Notes under the pieces: generated by a model
Databases searched by the model: none
Seen by the model: only the letters and a program-made list of their open reading frames with translations
What the model was told of the DNA's origin: nothing
NCBI GenBank assembly: GCA_023213195.1
Contig: CP096135.1
Span: forward strand, 248,126-312,125
Source: Sphingobacteriales bacterium JAD_PAG50586_3
GTDB taxonomy: Bacteria > Bacteroidota > Bacteroidia > CAMBQF01
DNA length: 64,000 bases
Reading direction: 5' to 3'
Shown here: positions 1 through 11,039 of the stretch, in pieces
Numbering within the stretch: position 1 is the first letter of the stretch
Layout: every line of letters begins with the position of its first letter
Position numbers and translations under genes: made by a program

Positions 1-313
1 CGCCTGTTACGCAGGCTTTAATAATAGCGTCTTTGTCGCCTGCGGTAAGGGCTGCTTTAATATCAATCCACGTGCGGTGCAACGCACCTACCGGGCCGCC
101 TTTGCCTGTTGGCTCTGGGCCGCCAAGGTTACGCAGTTGGTCTTGCAGTTCGGTAATATAACCGTCACGCTCGCCCGACAGACGCAAGAAAGTGCTTTTT
201 AAATATTCGTCTTTAACATCTTTAGCGGCATTTTCATACCCGTGTTTGCCATCTTCAGCAACAGCTATTAAGTGGCTTATTTTACCTGATAGGTCTTGAC
301 CTTGATTTTCCAT
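1..313 (-). CDS. PA2169/DUF2383 family four-helix-bundle (ferritin-like) protein, 3' end outside window
   Basis: Manual translation MENQGQDLSGKISHLIAVAEDGKHGYENAA...GALHRTWIDIKAALTAGDKDAIIKACVTG; clear paralogue of 2795..3244; not in ORF track. Confidence 0.85.
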   Translation of the reverse strand, partial: MENQGQDLSGKISHLIAVAEDGKHGYENAAKDVKDEYLKSTFLRLSGERDGYITELQDQLRNLGGPEPTGKGGPVGALHRTWIDIKAALTAGDKDAIIKACVTG

Positions 314-428
314 GATAGTTAATTTTAGTTGGGTTAATTATAGAAACACAATAAAAACCCTAATTGTTTGCCCTAACTTAGTTTTAACCGGCAAACACAC
401 AGTATCAAGGCACTTACAGCATAATTAT

Positions 429-2033
429 CTACTTAATTGATGCTTCTAACAAGCCTTTAAATTCTTTATTATCCATTGGCTTTAAATCAAGCGGAATAGC
501 TTTACCATCGGTTTGAATATTTTGTACCTGTGCATATAGTTTATTATTTAGGCTTGAGAATGTAATCAGCAGGCACTCTTGGTTAGCTGGCACACTTTGA
601 AAACCTACTTTACCTTCTTCAAAATGGTTGGCATAAAGTACAACTAATTGCTTCCTAAACACCAGCACCCCTGATACTAAGTTAAACTCCGCAGGGTTGT
701 AGCGTGCAATCATTGGCTGCGATGTCATACGCGGAAATTTGTCGCAGTTTACCCAGCCCAGCTTTTTAATGTGTAGCTGTGTGTACAAATCTTGCGACGC
801 TAGTGATTTAACCGAGTCTATTTTTATTGTCTTGGTTTGCGGTGTTATTCCGCCTAAATCAAATCCACTCCAATTTCCCGTAGTTATATCTTTCTTATTA
901 AGTCTTTTGGCTTCTTCTTCCTGCTTTTTCATTTTTGCCGCTTTAATAGTTAGCAGCGTATCGGCAAGGTATTTTTCTGGCACTACCCGGGTTACAATAG
1001 AGGTAACCGGCACTTTAATGTTTGTGCTTTTTAATGCTTTTAAATAATCAATATCTACAGCATCGGTCGTCTTATTATCAATTATAGTATATTCTACAAA
1101 GCCACCTTTACGCGTTGTGTCGGCCTTATAAGTGCGAAATACCTTATTACTAAAACCGCGCACACATAGCGTAGTTGGCGGAAAAGTTGAATTGCGGATA
1201 TATTGTACTTGCGTATTGTTTTCTGCCTTCTTTATTTTTACAGTATTACCTACCGTAATTACAGCATAGTTATTACCATCTAACTCTATATTAAAGCAAT
1301 TATACTGTGCATCTGTTACTTTAGGCGCAACATCAGCCATTGCTTCACTTCCAACAGTTACAGGCTGTTTAATGCCTTCTGCATTTTCTCCTTTAAAAAT
1401 ATCAGCGTCCCATTTCCAGTTTACAGTTCCTGTTGATGTTTTTTCGCCATAAAAAATATCCATCTCTTTATCCTTCAATTGCACTACCGATAGCTTAAGC
1501 TCTTTGCCATTTTTTACGCGCATAGGCTTGCCATTGTTGGTTGTACTTATGTAGTATGAACCCGCAGACACCAAAGGCTTACCATCGCTTATTGTGGAAG
1601 CGCCTGCAAATACTAAATCTTTGGCAGATGTATATTCAGCAAATTCAACTACAATAGTACCCGTAACGGGGCTACCATCTAAGTTCTCTAAATTTTTAGG
1701 GTCTAGCTCTAAAATAGAGCCTCTATCGCCCTTAATTTTTGACACTCTGTTTGATGGTATAGTATACAGCTTACGCTTGGGGCTGTAGCTTTGTATTAGT
1801 GCGTTTAGCTCTTTAAGTTTATTTACAGAAAAGCCTGTGTTGTTTACCTTTGCTAAAGGTTCTGCTACTACTGTTTTTGTATCAACAGTATTAGCAGTGG
1901 CGGGGGTGTCAGCGTTGCTTTGAGGTTGCACTTTAGTGCCTTGAGTGGTTTGCCCTGTATTTTCTGCAGTATTTTGCTGCATGCAAGAGCTAAGCGCAAC
2001 TACGGCGCTTACTACTAGAACAAGTGTACGCAT
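429..2033 (-). CDS. Hypothetical lipoprotein, 534 aa
   Basis: Lipobox ALSSC, T/Q-rich linker, GSYYI...MDIFYG and LGWVNCDKF motifs typical of a Bacteroidota uncharacterised family. Confidence 0.75.
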   Translation of the reverse strand: MRTLVLVVSAVVALSSCMQQNTAENTGQTTQGTKVQPQSNADTPATANTVDTKTVVAEPLAKVNNTGFSVNKLKELNALIQSYSPKRKLYTIPSNRVSKIKGDRGSILELDPKNLENLDGSPVTGTIVVEFAEYTSAKDLVFAGASTISDGKPLVSAGSYYISTTNNGKPMRVKNGKELKLSVVQLKDKEMDIFYGEKTSTGTVNWKWDADIFKGENAEGIKQPVTVGSEAMADVAPKVTDAQYNCFNIELDGNNYAVITVGNTVKIKKAENNTQVQYIRNSTFPPTTLCVRGFSNKVFRTYKADTTRKGGFVEYTIIDNKTTDAVDIDYLKALKSTNIKVPVTSIVTRVVPEKYLADTLLTIKAAKMKKQEEEAKRLNKKDITTGNWSGFDLGGITPQTKTIKIDSVKSLASQDLYTQLHIKKLGWVNCDKFPRMTSQPMIARYNPAEFNLVSGVLVFRKQLVVLYANHFEEGKVGFQSVPANQECLLITFSSLNNKLYAQVQNIQTDGKAIPLDLKPMDNKEFKGLLEASIK

Positions 2034-2202
2034 TGTGTTTTGGATTTAAAGGTTAGCGTACAGTTGTATTACATAAGTTTAGTGCTTTGTTATATATCTA
2101 CGTTACCAAACCTGAATAAGTTCCATTAATGTTAAAAAACAAAAGGCCAATTTTTACGTGGGTTGAGGGCTATATTTTTTTATAGTTGGATAAAAAACAC
2201 TG

Positions 2203-2727
2203 CTAAACAGCATCGTACCACAGTTGCACCAGGCCCGATGGAAATGTACTGCTATGCAGCAACCTAACTTCTTGTTGCGGCCTGCCTTGTTTAAACAGTT
2301 GCACACCGGTACCTACTATGGCAGGAATTATAGAAATGCAATAGCGATCTATCAATTTTTGCTTCATCAGTTCGTGTACCAAACCGGCCCCGCCATCAAT
2401 AAATATATCCTTGCCTTCTTCGGCTTTTAATTTAGTAATCAATTCGGCTATATCGCCCTTGTAATATTCTACATTATCATCGCTGCCTGTGCGGGTATTA
2501 GAATACACGTAGCACTTGCGGCTGGCATGCCAAAACGGGCCATCAAATGCTTTAATAACATCGTATGTTTTGCGGCCCATAATTACGGTATCTATAGTAT
2601 TAATAAAGTTGGCATAACCATAATCTTCGCCCGGCACCTCAACACTTTTTAAAAAATCAAGGCTATCGTTCTCTCCCGCTATAAAACCATCAAGGCTGGT
2701 TGCTATGTATACTATTACTTTTCTCAT
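2203..2727 (-). CDS. Dihydrofolate reductase-like / RibD C-terminal domain protein
   Basis: YIATSLDGFIA, MGRKTY, DGGAGL, IIPAIVGTG motifs. Confidence 0.9.
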   Translation of the reverse strand: MRKVIVYIATSLDGFIAGENDSLDFLKSVEVPGEDYGYANFINTIDTVIMGRKTYDVIKAFDGPFWHASRKCYVYSNTRTGSDDNVEYYKGDIAELITKLKAEEGKDIFIDGGAGLVHELMKQKLIDRYCISIIPAIVGTGVQLFKQGRPQQEVRLLHSSTFPSGLVQLWYDAV

Positions 2728-2744
2728 GCTGCAAAATTAAAAAC

Positions 2745-2773
2745 AAAACCCCCGCCTTATTCAAACGAGGGTT
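2745..2773 (-). terminator. Probable intrinsic terminator after 2795..3244
   Basis: aaaacccccg...acgagggtt imperfect hairpin with T-run on minus strand. Confidence 0.5.
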
Positions 2774-2794
2774 AACAATATTATAAGGTATTTA

Positions 2795-3244
2795 TTACCT
2801 GTTATTTAAATACGCTTTAATGCCGTTTAACGATGAGTTAATACCATTGCGCTGCTTAACCAATAGTTTGCCTAAGGCACTGTCGCTTTTAACGTTTTCT
2901 AAAACAACAGCATACTCTTTTAAGCCCAGTTCCTCGCCTTTTATGCATTCCATTATTATTGAATCATCATCATCGTTTAAAAGTGCTGATTTTAAAAAGG
3001 CCCATGTGCGGGTTATTTTGCCTGCAGGTTCATCATCGGCAGCCGTTTTGCCAACCAAAATACGCAGTTGGTTTTCCAGTTGGGTAGCATACCCATCGCG
3101 CTCTGCCGATAGGCTTATAAATATCTTTTTAAGCGTTTCGTCTTCCGTATCGTTAGCAGCGTTTGCATAACCTGCTTTAGCGTCTTGGGCTATTGCAATT
3201 AGGTGGTTTACCTTGCTTGAAAGACTATGACCTTGAATTTCCAT
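2795..3244 (-). CDS. PA2169/DUF2383 family four-helix-bundle protein
   Basis: HLIAIAQDAKAGY...KITRTW...ECIKGEE...Y pattern. Confidence 0.85.
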   Translation of the reverse strand: MEIQGHSLSSKVNHLIAIAQDAKAGYANAANDTEDETLKKIFISLSAERDGYATQLENQLRILVGKTAADDEPAGKITRTWAFLKSALLNDDDDSIIMECIKGEELGLKEYAVVLENVKSDSALGKLLVKQRNGINSSLNGIKAYLNNR

Positions 3245-3266
3245 TTTTTAAGTCTGATTTTTAAAT

Positions 3267-3297
3267 AAAACCCCCGTCATATAAAAGACGAGGGTTT
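3267..3297 (-). terminator. Intrinsic terminator after aconitase
   Basis: aaaacccccgtc-atataaaa-gacgagggttt hairpin followed by Ts on minus strand. Confidence 0.65.
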
Positions 3298-3331
3298 ATA
3301 ATTCTATAAGCTATACGCTACAAGCTATCAG

Positions 3332-5598
3332 CTATTGAGCTACCTGCGCGCGTATAATATTTAATGCGCCACCGGCCTTAAACCACTCAATTTGTTGAGC
3401 GTTGTAAGTGTGGTTTACTGATATTTCTTCAGAAGTACCATCGGCGTGGTTAAGCACTACCGTAAGCGGTTGGCCCGGAGCAAAGGTTGTTAAACCGGTA
3501 ATGTCCAACACATCATCTTCTAAAATTTTGTTGTAGTCTTCTTTGTTTGCAAAAGTTAACGCCAACATACCTTGTTTTTTCAGGTTGGTTTCGTGTATAC
3601 GGGCAAACGATTTTACCAGTACGGCACGCACACCTAAGTGGCGTGGCTCCATAGCGGCATGCTCGCGAGAAGAACCTTCGCCATAGTTTTCATCACCCAC
3701 AACAATAGAACCTATGCCAGCGGCTTTGTATGCACGTTGTACGGCTGGCACAGCATCGTAAGCACCGGTAAGCTGGTTTTTAACGGTGTTGGCAGTATCG
3801 TTAGCAAAGTTAATAGCGCCAATAAGCATGTTGTTAGATATGTTATCTAAGTGGCCACGGAATTTTAACCATGGGCCTGCCATTGAAATATGGTCGGTAG
3901 TACACTTGCCTTTAGCTTTAATAAGCAGTTTTAAGCCTTTAAGGTCAACACCTTCCCAAGCTGCGAATGGAGCAAGAAGTTGAAGACGGTCTGATGTTGG
4001 CGATACAGCAATTTGTACACCTGAACCATCTTCTGCAGGGGCTTGGAAGCCTGCATCTTCAACAGCAAAGCCGTTACGTGGCAACTCGTCGCCGGTTGGG
4101 GCCTCAAGCATTACCTTCTCACCATTTTCGTTAATAAGGTAATCGGTTAATGGGTTAAAAGTTAAATCGCCCGCAATAGCCAAAGCCGTAGTTAATTCAG
4201 GCGAAGCAACAAACGCGTAAGTATTTGGGTTGCCATCCTGGCGGGCGGCAAAGTTGCGGTTAAAAGAGTGAACAATGGTGTTTTCTCTTTTTTATCAGCA
4301 CCTGCACGGGCCCACATACCAATACATGGTCCGCAAGCGTTAGAGAATACCTCGGCACCAATTTTATTAAACACATCAATAAAGCCATCGCGCTCTATGG
4401 TGTAACGTATAAGTTCAGAACCCGGGGTAATAGTAAATTCAGCCTTCGCTTTTAGGTTTTTATCAGCTACTTGTTTAGCTAACGATACCGAACGGCTAAT
4501 ATCTTCGTAAGACGAGTTGGTGCAAGAACCAATTAAACCCACCTCTACTTTAGTAGGCCAACCGTTAGCAGCGGCAGCTTCTTTCATTTTAGAAATAGGC
4601 GTAGCCAAATCGGGCGTAAATGGGCCGTTAATGTATGGCTCAAGCTCGTCAAGGTTAATTTCAATTACCTGATCAAAATACAACTCAGGGTTGGCGTAAA
4701 CCTCAGGGTCGCCGGTTAAATGTTCTTTAATAGCGTTGGCAGCATCGGCCACATCGGCACGCTCTGTACCACGCAGGTAACGGTCCATGCTGTCATCATA
4801 CCCAAAGGTTGATGTGGTAGCGCCAATCTCGGCACCCATGTTGCAAATAGTACCTTTACCGGTAGCGCTCATGCTTACAGCACCTTCGCCAAAATATTCA
4901 ACAATAGCACCGGTACCACCTTTAACAGTAAGTATACCTGCTACTTTCAAAATCACATCTTTAGGGCTAACCCAACCGTTTAATTTGCCGGTTAGTTTTA
5001 CACCAATCAGTTTAGGGAATTTTAGTTCCCAAGCAAGGCCTGCCATAACATCGCAAGCATCGGCACCACCAACACCTATAGCTACCATACCCAAACCACC
5101 CGCGTTTACAGTGTGGCTGTCGGTACCTATCATCATACCACCTGGAAAAGCGTAGTTTTCTAGCACAATTTGGTGAATGATACCTGCACCTGGTTTCCAA
5201 AAACCAATACCGTATTTATCAGATACCGAAGCAAGAAAATCGTAAACCTCTTTATTGCCGCTAATAGCCTGGCTTAAATCGGGACGAGAACCTTCTTTGG
5301 CTTGTATTAAGTGGTCGCAATGCACGGTAGATGGCACAGCAACCTTTGGCCTGCCGGCTTGCATAAACTGCAACAGCGCCATTTGGGCTGTAGCGTCTTG
5401 CATAGCAACACGGTCGGGGTTAAAATCAACATAATCTACCCCACGGCCGTATGCTTTGGTAGCATCACCTTCGGCAAGGTGGGTGTATAAAATTTTCTCA
5501 GTTAAAGTAAGGGGTTTGTTAACCACTTTGCGGGCGGCAGCAATGCGCTCCGGAAAACGAGCGTAAAGTGCCTTAATCATTTCTATGTCAAAAGCCAT
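3332..5598 (-). CDS. acnA: Aconitate hydratase (mitochondrial-type), one frame break near 4285 in a homopolymer
   Basis: [49 protein letters not shown]; ORFs 4192..5598 and 3332..4183 join. Confidence 0.95.
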
Positions 5599-5945
5599 TG
5601 TAGAATTAGGGTTCTGTATTTGTAAAAAAAGACCTTTATTTTAAGGGTGCAAAGGTACAACATTTTGCCCTCTGTTGTAAAGTAACAAACGCTATTTAGA
5701 ATAGTTCTAATATACAGATTAAACCGTAATCAGCTTAATGTAATGGAGCTTGCATCCATCTTAGTTAGGAGTAGACTAAAATTATAAAATAGTTCACTTG
5801 TATATATAATCAAAACAAAATCAGTACATTATTTTAATGAATTTTAAACATCTTGTATTATAAATTTGTTTTCATCACGAAAAATATTTGTCGCAGCCAA
5901 ACTAGTTGCGTACCTTTACATTACATCTAAAAAAACCAACTATTT

Positions 5946-6367
5946 ATGGAGAGCAAGGATTTGGAGATTTTATTAGTTGAGGATAATCAATTTGATGCTG
6001 AATTAACCATCCGGTCGCTTAAAAAAACGAGATTGCATACAATGTAGTACATGTTGACACGCATGATAAAGCACTTGATTTTTTAAACGCGCGCGGAGAG
6101 TACGCAGGGCGCGATGCTAACATTAAGCCTAAAGTTATATTACTCGACTTAAAACTAGGTGCCGGTAGCGGCGTTAAACTATTAGAGCAAATAAAAGATA
6201 ATGCCCACACCATGCACATTCCGGTGGTGGTACTTTCTGGCTCTAAAGAAAATACCGACCTGCGCCGTTGTTACGACCTTGGCGCTAACAGCTATTTAGT
6301 TAAACCCATAGAGTTTGGCAGTTTTACCAAAGGAATTCTTATTCCTCTTTTAGCAAAAAACAGCTAA
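5946..6367 (+). CDS. Single-domain response regulator (variant type), frame break in A-run near 6021-6027
   Basis: Manual: [27 protein letters not shown] / ...[23 protein letters not shown]...IPVVVLSGSKE...LGANSYLVKP; missed by ORF track. Confidence 0.85.
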
Positions 6368-6379
6368 TAGGTAAAACGT

Positions 6380-6793
6380 GTGGTTGGTATGGATAGCATT
6401 ATGTCTCCGCCCCAAGGGGCAGCAATAACAGAAAATAAAACATCAATATACTGGTTTGATGAGGACGGGATATTATGCTCTGTTTACAAAAAAGCCCCGC
6501 CCATTTCTTTAGAAGAAAGCAAGCAGTTAATTGATGAATTTAGGCAGGTTACGCAGGGCCGCAAGTTTTGCATGCTGTTAGATATTACCCATTCTGCTGC
6601 CAGCACCAAAGAGTCTAGAGAGTTTGCCGCGGTAGAATTCCCCAAAATAGTAACGGCTATGGCTATGCTATCGGCATCGCCCTTGGGGCGCATGCTGGCT
6701 AACTTGTTTTTCGCGTTAAAACCAACCCCATACCCCGCTAAAATATTTGCTACAGAAAAAGAAGCAAAAGATTGGTTAAAGCATTATTTATAA
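6380..6793 (+). CDS. SpoIIAA-like (STAS/SEC14-type) small protein, copy 1
   Basis: YWFDEDGILC...KFCMLLDIT...SRE...AMAMLSASPLGRMLANLFF...PAKIF...EAKDWL; ATG alternative at 6389. Confidence 0.8.
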   Translation: MVGMDSIMSPPQGAAITENKTSIYWFDEDGILCSVYKKAPPISLEESKQLIDEFRQVTQGRKFCMLLDITHSAASTKESREFAAVEFPKIVTAMAMLSASPLGRMLANLFFALKPTPYPAKIFATEKEAKDWLKHYL

Positions 6794-6871
6794 TCTGATT
6801 TATTCTTAAACCTATTGCCTTATTACCGCAGTATAACAATAACCTAATACGTTAAAAATACCCTTACAAAA

Positions 6872-7303
6872 ATGATGGAGCCATTATTAAAGCTACCAAA
6901 TGATAAGATAGTAAAAGAAATACCCCGGCTATATTATTGGTTAGAGGAAGATGGAATAGTATGCTCGCTGGGTAAAAAAACAGGAGCAACTGTAACTGCC
7001 GATGAAACACGCATTGTACTAAACGACTTTGAAAAATTAGCAGGCACCGGCCCGGGCAACTTCTGCCTGTTATCAGACCTTACCTACTCTGCCCAAAATA
7101 ATATTGAAGCCCGCAAATATATTTTAGACCGCTTGCCAAAAATGTTGGCCGCTTTTGCTATGGTAACAGCTTCGCCCACAGGGCTGGTAGTTTCAAGCAC
7201 ATATTTAGCACTAAAAAACACATTGTTTCCTGTAAAAATATTTGATAATGTGGAGGAAGCAAAAGAGTGGCTAAGGCAACACCTGCCAAATAAAAAAGCG
7301 TAA
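6872..7303 (+). CDS. SpoIIAA-like (STAS/SEC14-type) protein, copy 2 (most divergent)
   Basis: YWLEEDGIVC...FCLLSDLT...ARKY...VTASP...PVKIFDNVEEAKEWL. Confidence 0.8.
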   Translation: MMEPLLKLPNDKIVKEIPRLYYWLEEDGIVCSLGKKTGATVTADETRIVLNDFEKLAGTGPGNFCLLSDLTYSAQNNIEARKYILDRLPKMLAAFAMVTASPTGLVVSSTYLALKNTLFPVKIFDNVEEAKEWLRQHLPNKKA

Positions 7304-7714
7304 ATGGAGCATATTTTAAATATACCTAACAACGTTGATGTTAAAGAAAACTCCACATCGTACTACTGGTTTGATGAGGATGGTATATTGTGCGCCCTGA
7401 ATAAAAACATAAAAGCAGTTCCATACGATGAAGTAGTAAAACTGGTAGAAGATTTAAAACATTTAACAGAGAATAAAAAAATATGCATGCTGATGGATGT
7501 TACCCACTCGCCAAGCAGCACTAAAGAGATAAGGGAGTATACCGCGCGCGAGTTTCCTAAACTGGTTAAGGCCCTTGCCTTGGTATCGGCATCGCCGGTT
7601 AGCCGCTTGCTGGCCTATTTATTTTTTGCGGTTGTACGAACACCTTTCCCATCAAAAATGTTTAGTAATGAGGCCGAGGCCAAAGCCTGGTTAAAACAAC
7701 ATTATCTTAACTAA
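7304..7714 (+). CDS. SpoIIAA-like (STAS/SEC14-type) protein, copy 3
   Basis: YWFDEDGILC...ICMLMDVT...IREY...VSASP...PSKMF...EAKAWL. Confidence 0.8.
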   Translation: MEHILNIPNNVDVKENSTSYYWFDEDGILCALNKNIKAVPYDEVVKLVEDLKHLTENKKICMLMDVTHSPSSTKEIREYTAREFPKLVKALALVSASPVSRLLAYLFFAVVRTPFPSKMFSNEAEAKAWLKQHYLN

Positions 7715-7719
7715 TAACA

Positions 7720-8130
7720 ATGGATACATTACTTACCATACCAGATAATATTGAGGTTACAGAAACCCCAACGTCTATTTATTGGTTTGATGAGGACGGT
7801 ATACTATGTTCTGTAAATAAGAAGGCGCCTGAGCCTACAATGGAAGAAATAAGGCAGCAGTTGGAGGATTTTAATAAAATGGCCCAGGGGCGCAAATTTT
7901 GTATGCTGGGCGATGTTACAAACTCAACACCCAGTAGTAAAGAAACAAGAGAGTTTGCCGCTACCGAAATACCTAAACTGGTAATAGCTATGGCAATGGT
8001 ATCGGCATCGCCAATGGGCCGTATGCTAGCCAATTTATTTTTTGCATTAAAGCCTGCCCCCTACCCTGCTAAAATGTTTGCTACTGTAGCAGAAGCTAAG
8101 GCATGGCTTAGGCAGTATTTAGATAAATAA
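7720..8130 (+). CDS. SpoIIAA-like (STAS/SEC14-type) protein, copy 4
   Basis: YWFDEDGILC...KFCMLGDVT...TREF...VSASPMGRMLANLFF...EAKAWL. Confidence 0.8.
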   Translation: MDTLLTIPDNIEVTETPTSIYWFDEDGILCSVNKKAPEPTMEEIRQQLEDFNKMAQGRKFCMLGDVTNSTPSSKETREFAATEIPKLVIAMAMVSASPMGRMLANLFFALKPAPYPAKMFATVAEAKAWLRQYLDK

Positions 8131-8165
8131 CACAACAAATTGAAATTAACATTTTGCAATATTTA

Positions 8166-8572
8166 ATGGATACCATACTAAAACTGCCAACTAATTATGA
8201 AATACACGAAACTTATCGGTCGTATTTGTGGTTTGATAATGAAGGTGTGTTGTATGGCATAAGCAAAAAAATGCTCCGCCACTAAATATTGAGCAAACTA
8301 AAGAGCTGCTTGATAAGTATGTAGCAATGGCTGATGGTAAAAAGTTTTGCATGTTGGTAGATGTTACCTACTCAACACCCAGTAATAAGCAGGTACGCGA
8401 GTATGTGGCGGTAGAGTTTCCTAAAATAGTACAGGCGTTGGCCATGGTATCGGCATCGCCGGTGGGGCGCATGGTGGCCAATTTGTTTTTTGCATTAAAA
8501 CCGGCACCATACCCTGCCAAAATGTTTAGTAGTGAAGAAGAAGCCAAGCAATGGCTTAAAAAATATTTGTAG
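8166..8572 (+). CDS. SpoIIAA-like (STAS/SEC14-type) protein, copy 5, frame break in A-run near 8265-8271
   Basis: Manual N-terminus MDTILKLPTNYEIHETYRSYLWFDNEGVLYGISKK joins ORF 8327..8572 (KFCMLVDVT...EAKQWL). Confidence 0.8.
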
Positions 8573-8573
8573 T

Positions 8574-10318
8574 ATGAATGAAGATAAAGGCAATTTAGAA
8601 AATGTGGGCTTTACCGCTTTTAGCAGCGGTAACCTGGCGGCTTTGCATGCTACTATAGTAGAAAACTCTAACGATGCTATTGTAAGCAAAACAATAGACG
8701 GTATTGTACAAAGCTGGAACAAAAGTGCCGAAGAAATATTTGGCTACACTGCCGAAGAAATTATTGGCAAACACATAACTATTTTAATACCCCAAGACCG
8801 CCTGCACGAGGAAGATGAGATAATTAGCAAACTAAAAAGGAAAGAAAAAATAGCCCATTACGAAACCGTAAGGCAACGTAAAAACGGCGAACTAATAAAT
8901 ATATCCGTTACCATATCGCCCATTATGGATGATAAGGGTAACGTAATAGGCGCATCTAAAATAGCGCGCGACATAACTGAGAAAGTTAGCACTACTAAAG
9001 AGGATATAGCTAAAAAAGAAAGGATAAAAAAACAATCGGGCGAGATACTAGAGGTGCTGCTAAGCTATGTGCTTAAAGATTTTTCTCAAACCGCCCCGGT
9101 AAGCGAAGAAGGCGATGAAATTGACGCTATTGCCGTAGGCTTAAACACTTTGGGCGAAGAGTTGAAAGAATCTATAGAAGCCAATCAAAACTACATTCAA
9201 CTGTTAGAAGATTTAAATACCAACCTTGAAAAAATAATAGCCAACCGTACCGATGGCTTGCGCAGTACAAGTATGCTATAGACGAATCTTCTATTGTAGA
9301 AATTACCGATGTAAACGGTAACATAATACATGTAAACGATAACAAACTAGCCATATCTCAATACACCAGAGAAGAAATGGTAGGCCAAAATACCAGCATG
9401 GTAAACTCTGGCTACCATAGTAAAGAGTTTATGGCCGAAATGTGGGACACCATTAAAGCAGGTAAAATTTGGAAAGGCGAGTTTAGAAATAAAAGAAAGG
9501 ATGGTACACTGTATTGGGTAAACACCACCATAATTCCGTTTATTGATGAAGAGGGTAAACCCTATCAATTTATGGGTATTAAAACAGATATAACCGAAAA
9601 TAAGGAACATGAATTTGAACTTAGCGAGCGTGCTAAAGAAATTGAATCTATAAACAAGGAACTGGAGTCTTTCTCCTACTCCATATCGCACGATTTAAGG
9701 GCGCCGCTAAGGGCTGTAGATGGCTATGCCCTTATGCTGGAAGAAGATTTTGGGCCAACACTGGGTACCGAAGGCAACAGGCTTATTGGCGTTATAAGGC
9801 ACAACGCCCAACACATGGGCCAGTTGATTGATGACTTATTAAATTTCTCTCGCCTGGGCCGTAAAGAAGTTAAAAAAGCCAGGGTTAACATGCAGGAGTT
9901 AACAGAGAGTATTTTGCGCGAAATACAAGTAGGTAAAGATTTTAAAGCCGAGGTGGAGATTAAACCTTTGGATACTGCCATGGCCGACCAATCTTTACTA
10001 TACAACGTTATGTCTAACCTTATGTCAAACGCTGTAAAATACTCATCAAAAGTAGAGCGCCCCAAGGTTATTATATCGTCTGAGAAAAAAGACAATGAAG
10101 TAATTTTCTCGGTAAAAGATAATGGTGCGGGGTTTGATATGGAATATGCCAATAAACTTTTTGGTGTTTTTCAGCGCCTGCACACTTCCGATGAGTTTGA
10201 AGGTACCGGCGTGGGCCTAGCAACAGTACAACGCATAATACATAAACACGGTGGCCACGTATGGGCAGAGTCTAAAATAGACCAGGGGGCTACTTTTTAC
10301 TTTAGCCTGCCTAATTAA
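8574..10318 (+). CDS. Cytoplasmic PAS / HAMP-like / PAS sensor histidine kinase 1, frame break near 9255
   Basis: PAS (SNDAIVSKTIDGIVQSWN), DFSQ..GDEIDAIAVGLN linker, second PAS-PAC, H-box FSYSISHDLRAPLR, N/G1/F/G2 boxes (NLMSNAVKY, DNGAGF, LFGVFQRLH, GTGVGL); no TM segment. Confidence 0.92.
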
Positions 10319-10352
10319 ACAACAAAAATATATACGCAAACAATAAATAGTA

Positions 10353-10793
10353 ATGGAAAATAATGTAATTGAAATTCTTTTGGTTGAAGACAATATGCAC
10401 GACGCGGAAATGACTATTCGCGCCTTGAAAAAGCAAAATATTGCCAACAACCTTATCCATTTAAAAGATGGTGCCATGGCCTTAGACTTTTTGTTTGGCA
10501 CCGGCGAATACTCAGGCCGCAATACCCAAATTAAGCCTAAAGTTATTTTGCTTGATTTAAAAATGCCTAAGGTAAATGGCCTTGAGGTGTTAGAAAAAAT
10601 AAAAGCAAACGAGGATACCAAGAAAATACCTGTTGTTGTTTTAACATCATCTAAAGAACACCCCGATATTGAAAAGTGTTATGAATTAGGCGTAAACAGC
10701 TACATAGTAAAGCCGGTAGAGTTTACCAACTTTATTAAAGCCGTGTCTGATCTTGGCCTATATTGGTTATTACTAAACCAACCACCGCAATAA
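10353..10793 (+). CDS. Single-domain response regulator (Rcp1-like)
   Basis: ILLVEDN, LLDLKMP, LTSS, YIVKP, C-terminal YWL. Confidence 0.93.
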   Translation: MENNVIEILLVEDNMHDAEMTIRALKKQNIANNLIHLKDGAMALDFLFGTGEYSGRNTQIKPKVILLDLKMPKVNGLEVLEKIKANEDTKKIPVVVLTSSKEHPDIEKCYELGVNSYIVKPVEFTNFIKAVSDLGLYWLLLNQPPQ

Positions 10794-11039
10794 GCTGCAA
10801 TTTGTTTTTGCTTTTGCTACTAAACCGCTTGCCAATAATATAAAAAAACACATGCCGCTTAGGGTATTAGATAATAAATATTGTTTTTACAAAATAATAC
10901 CCTATCTTTCTGTAAAGTTTACAGTTGCCATTTTGCTCTTATTTAAACAATAAGTAATAAAAAAGCATTCTCCGTATGGCACACAACCTCTCGGTATATC
11001 TGTTATACTAAGTTAGTTTTTCTTTTGCCGCCAATACTT

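Noticed and set aside
6380-8572. Diversity-generating retroelement or integron-type cassette array as source of the STAS-like copies
   Set aside because: No reverse transcriptase, integrase or conserved inter-gene sites; copies diverge along their whole length, as expected of old tandem duplicates
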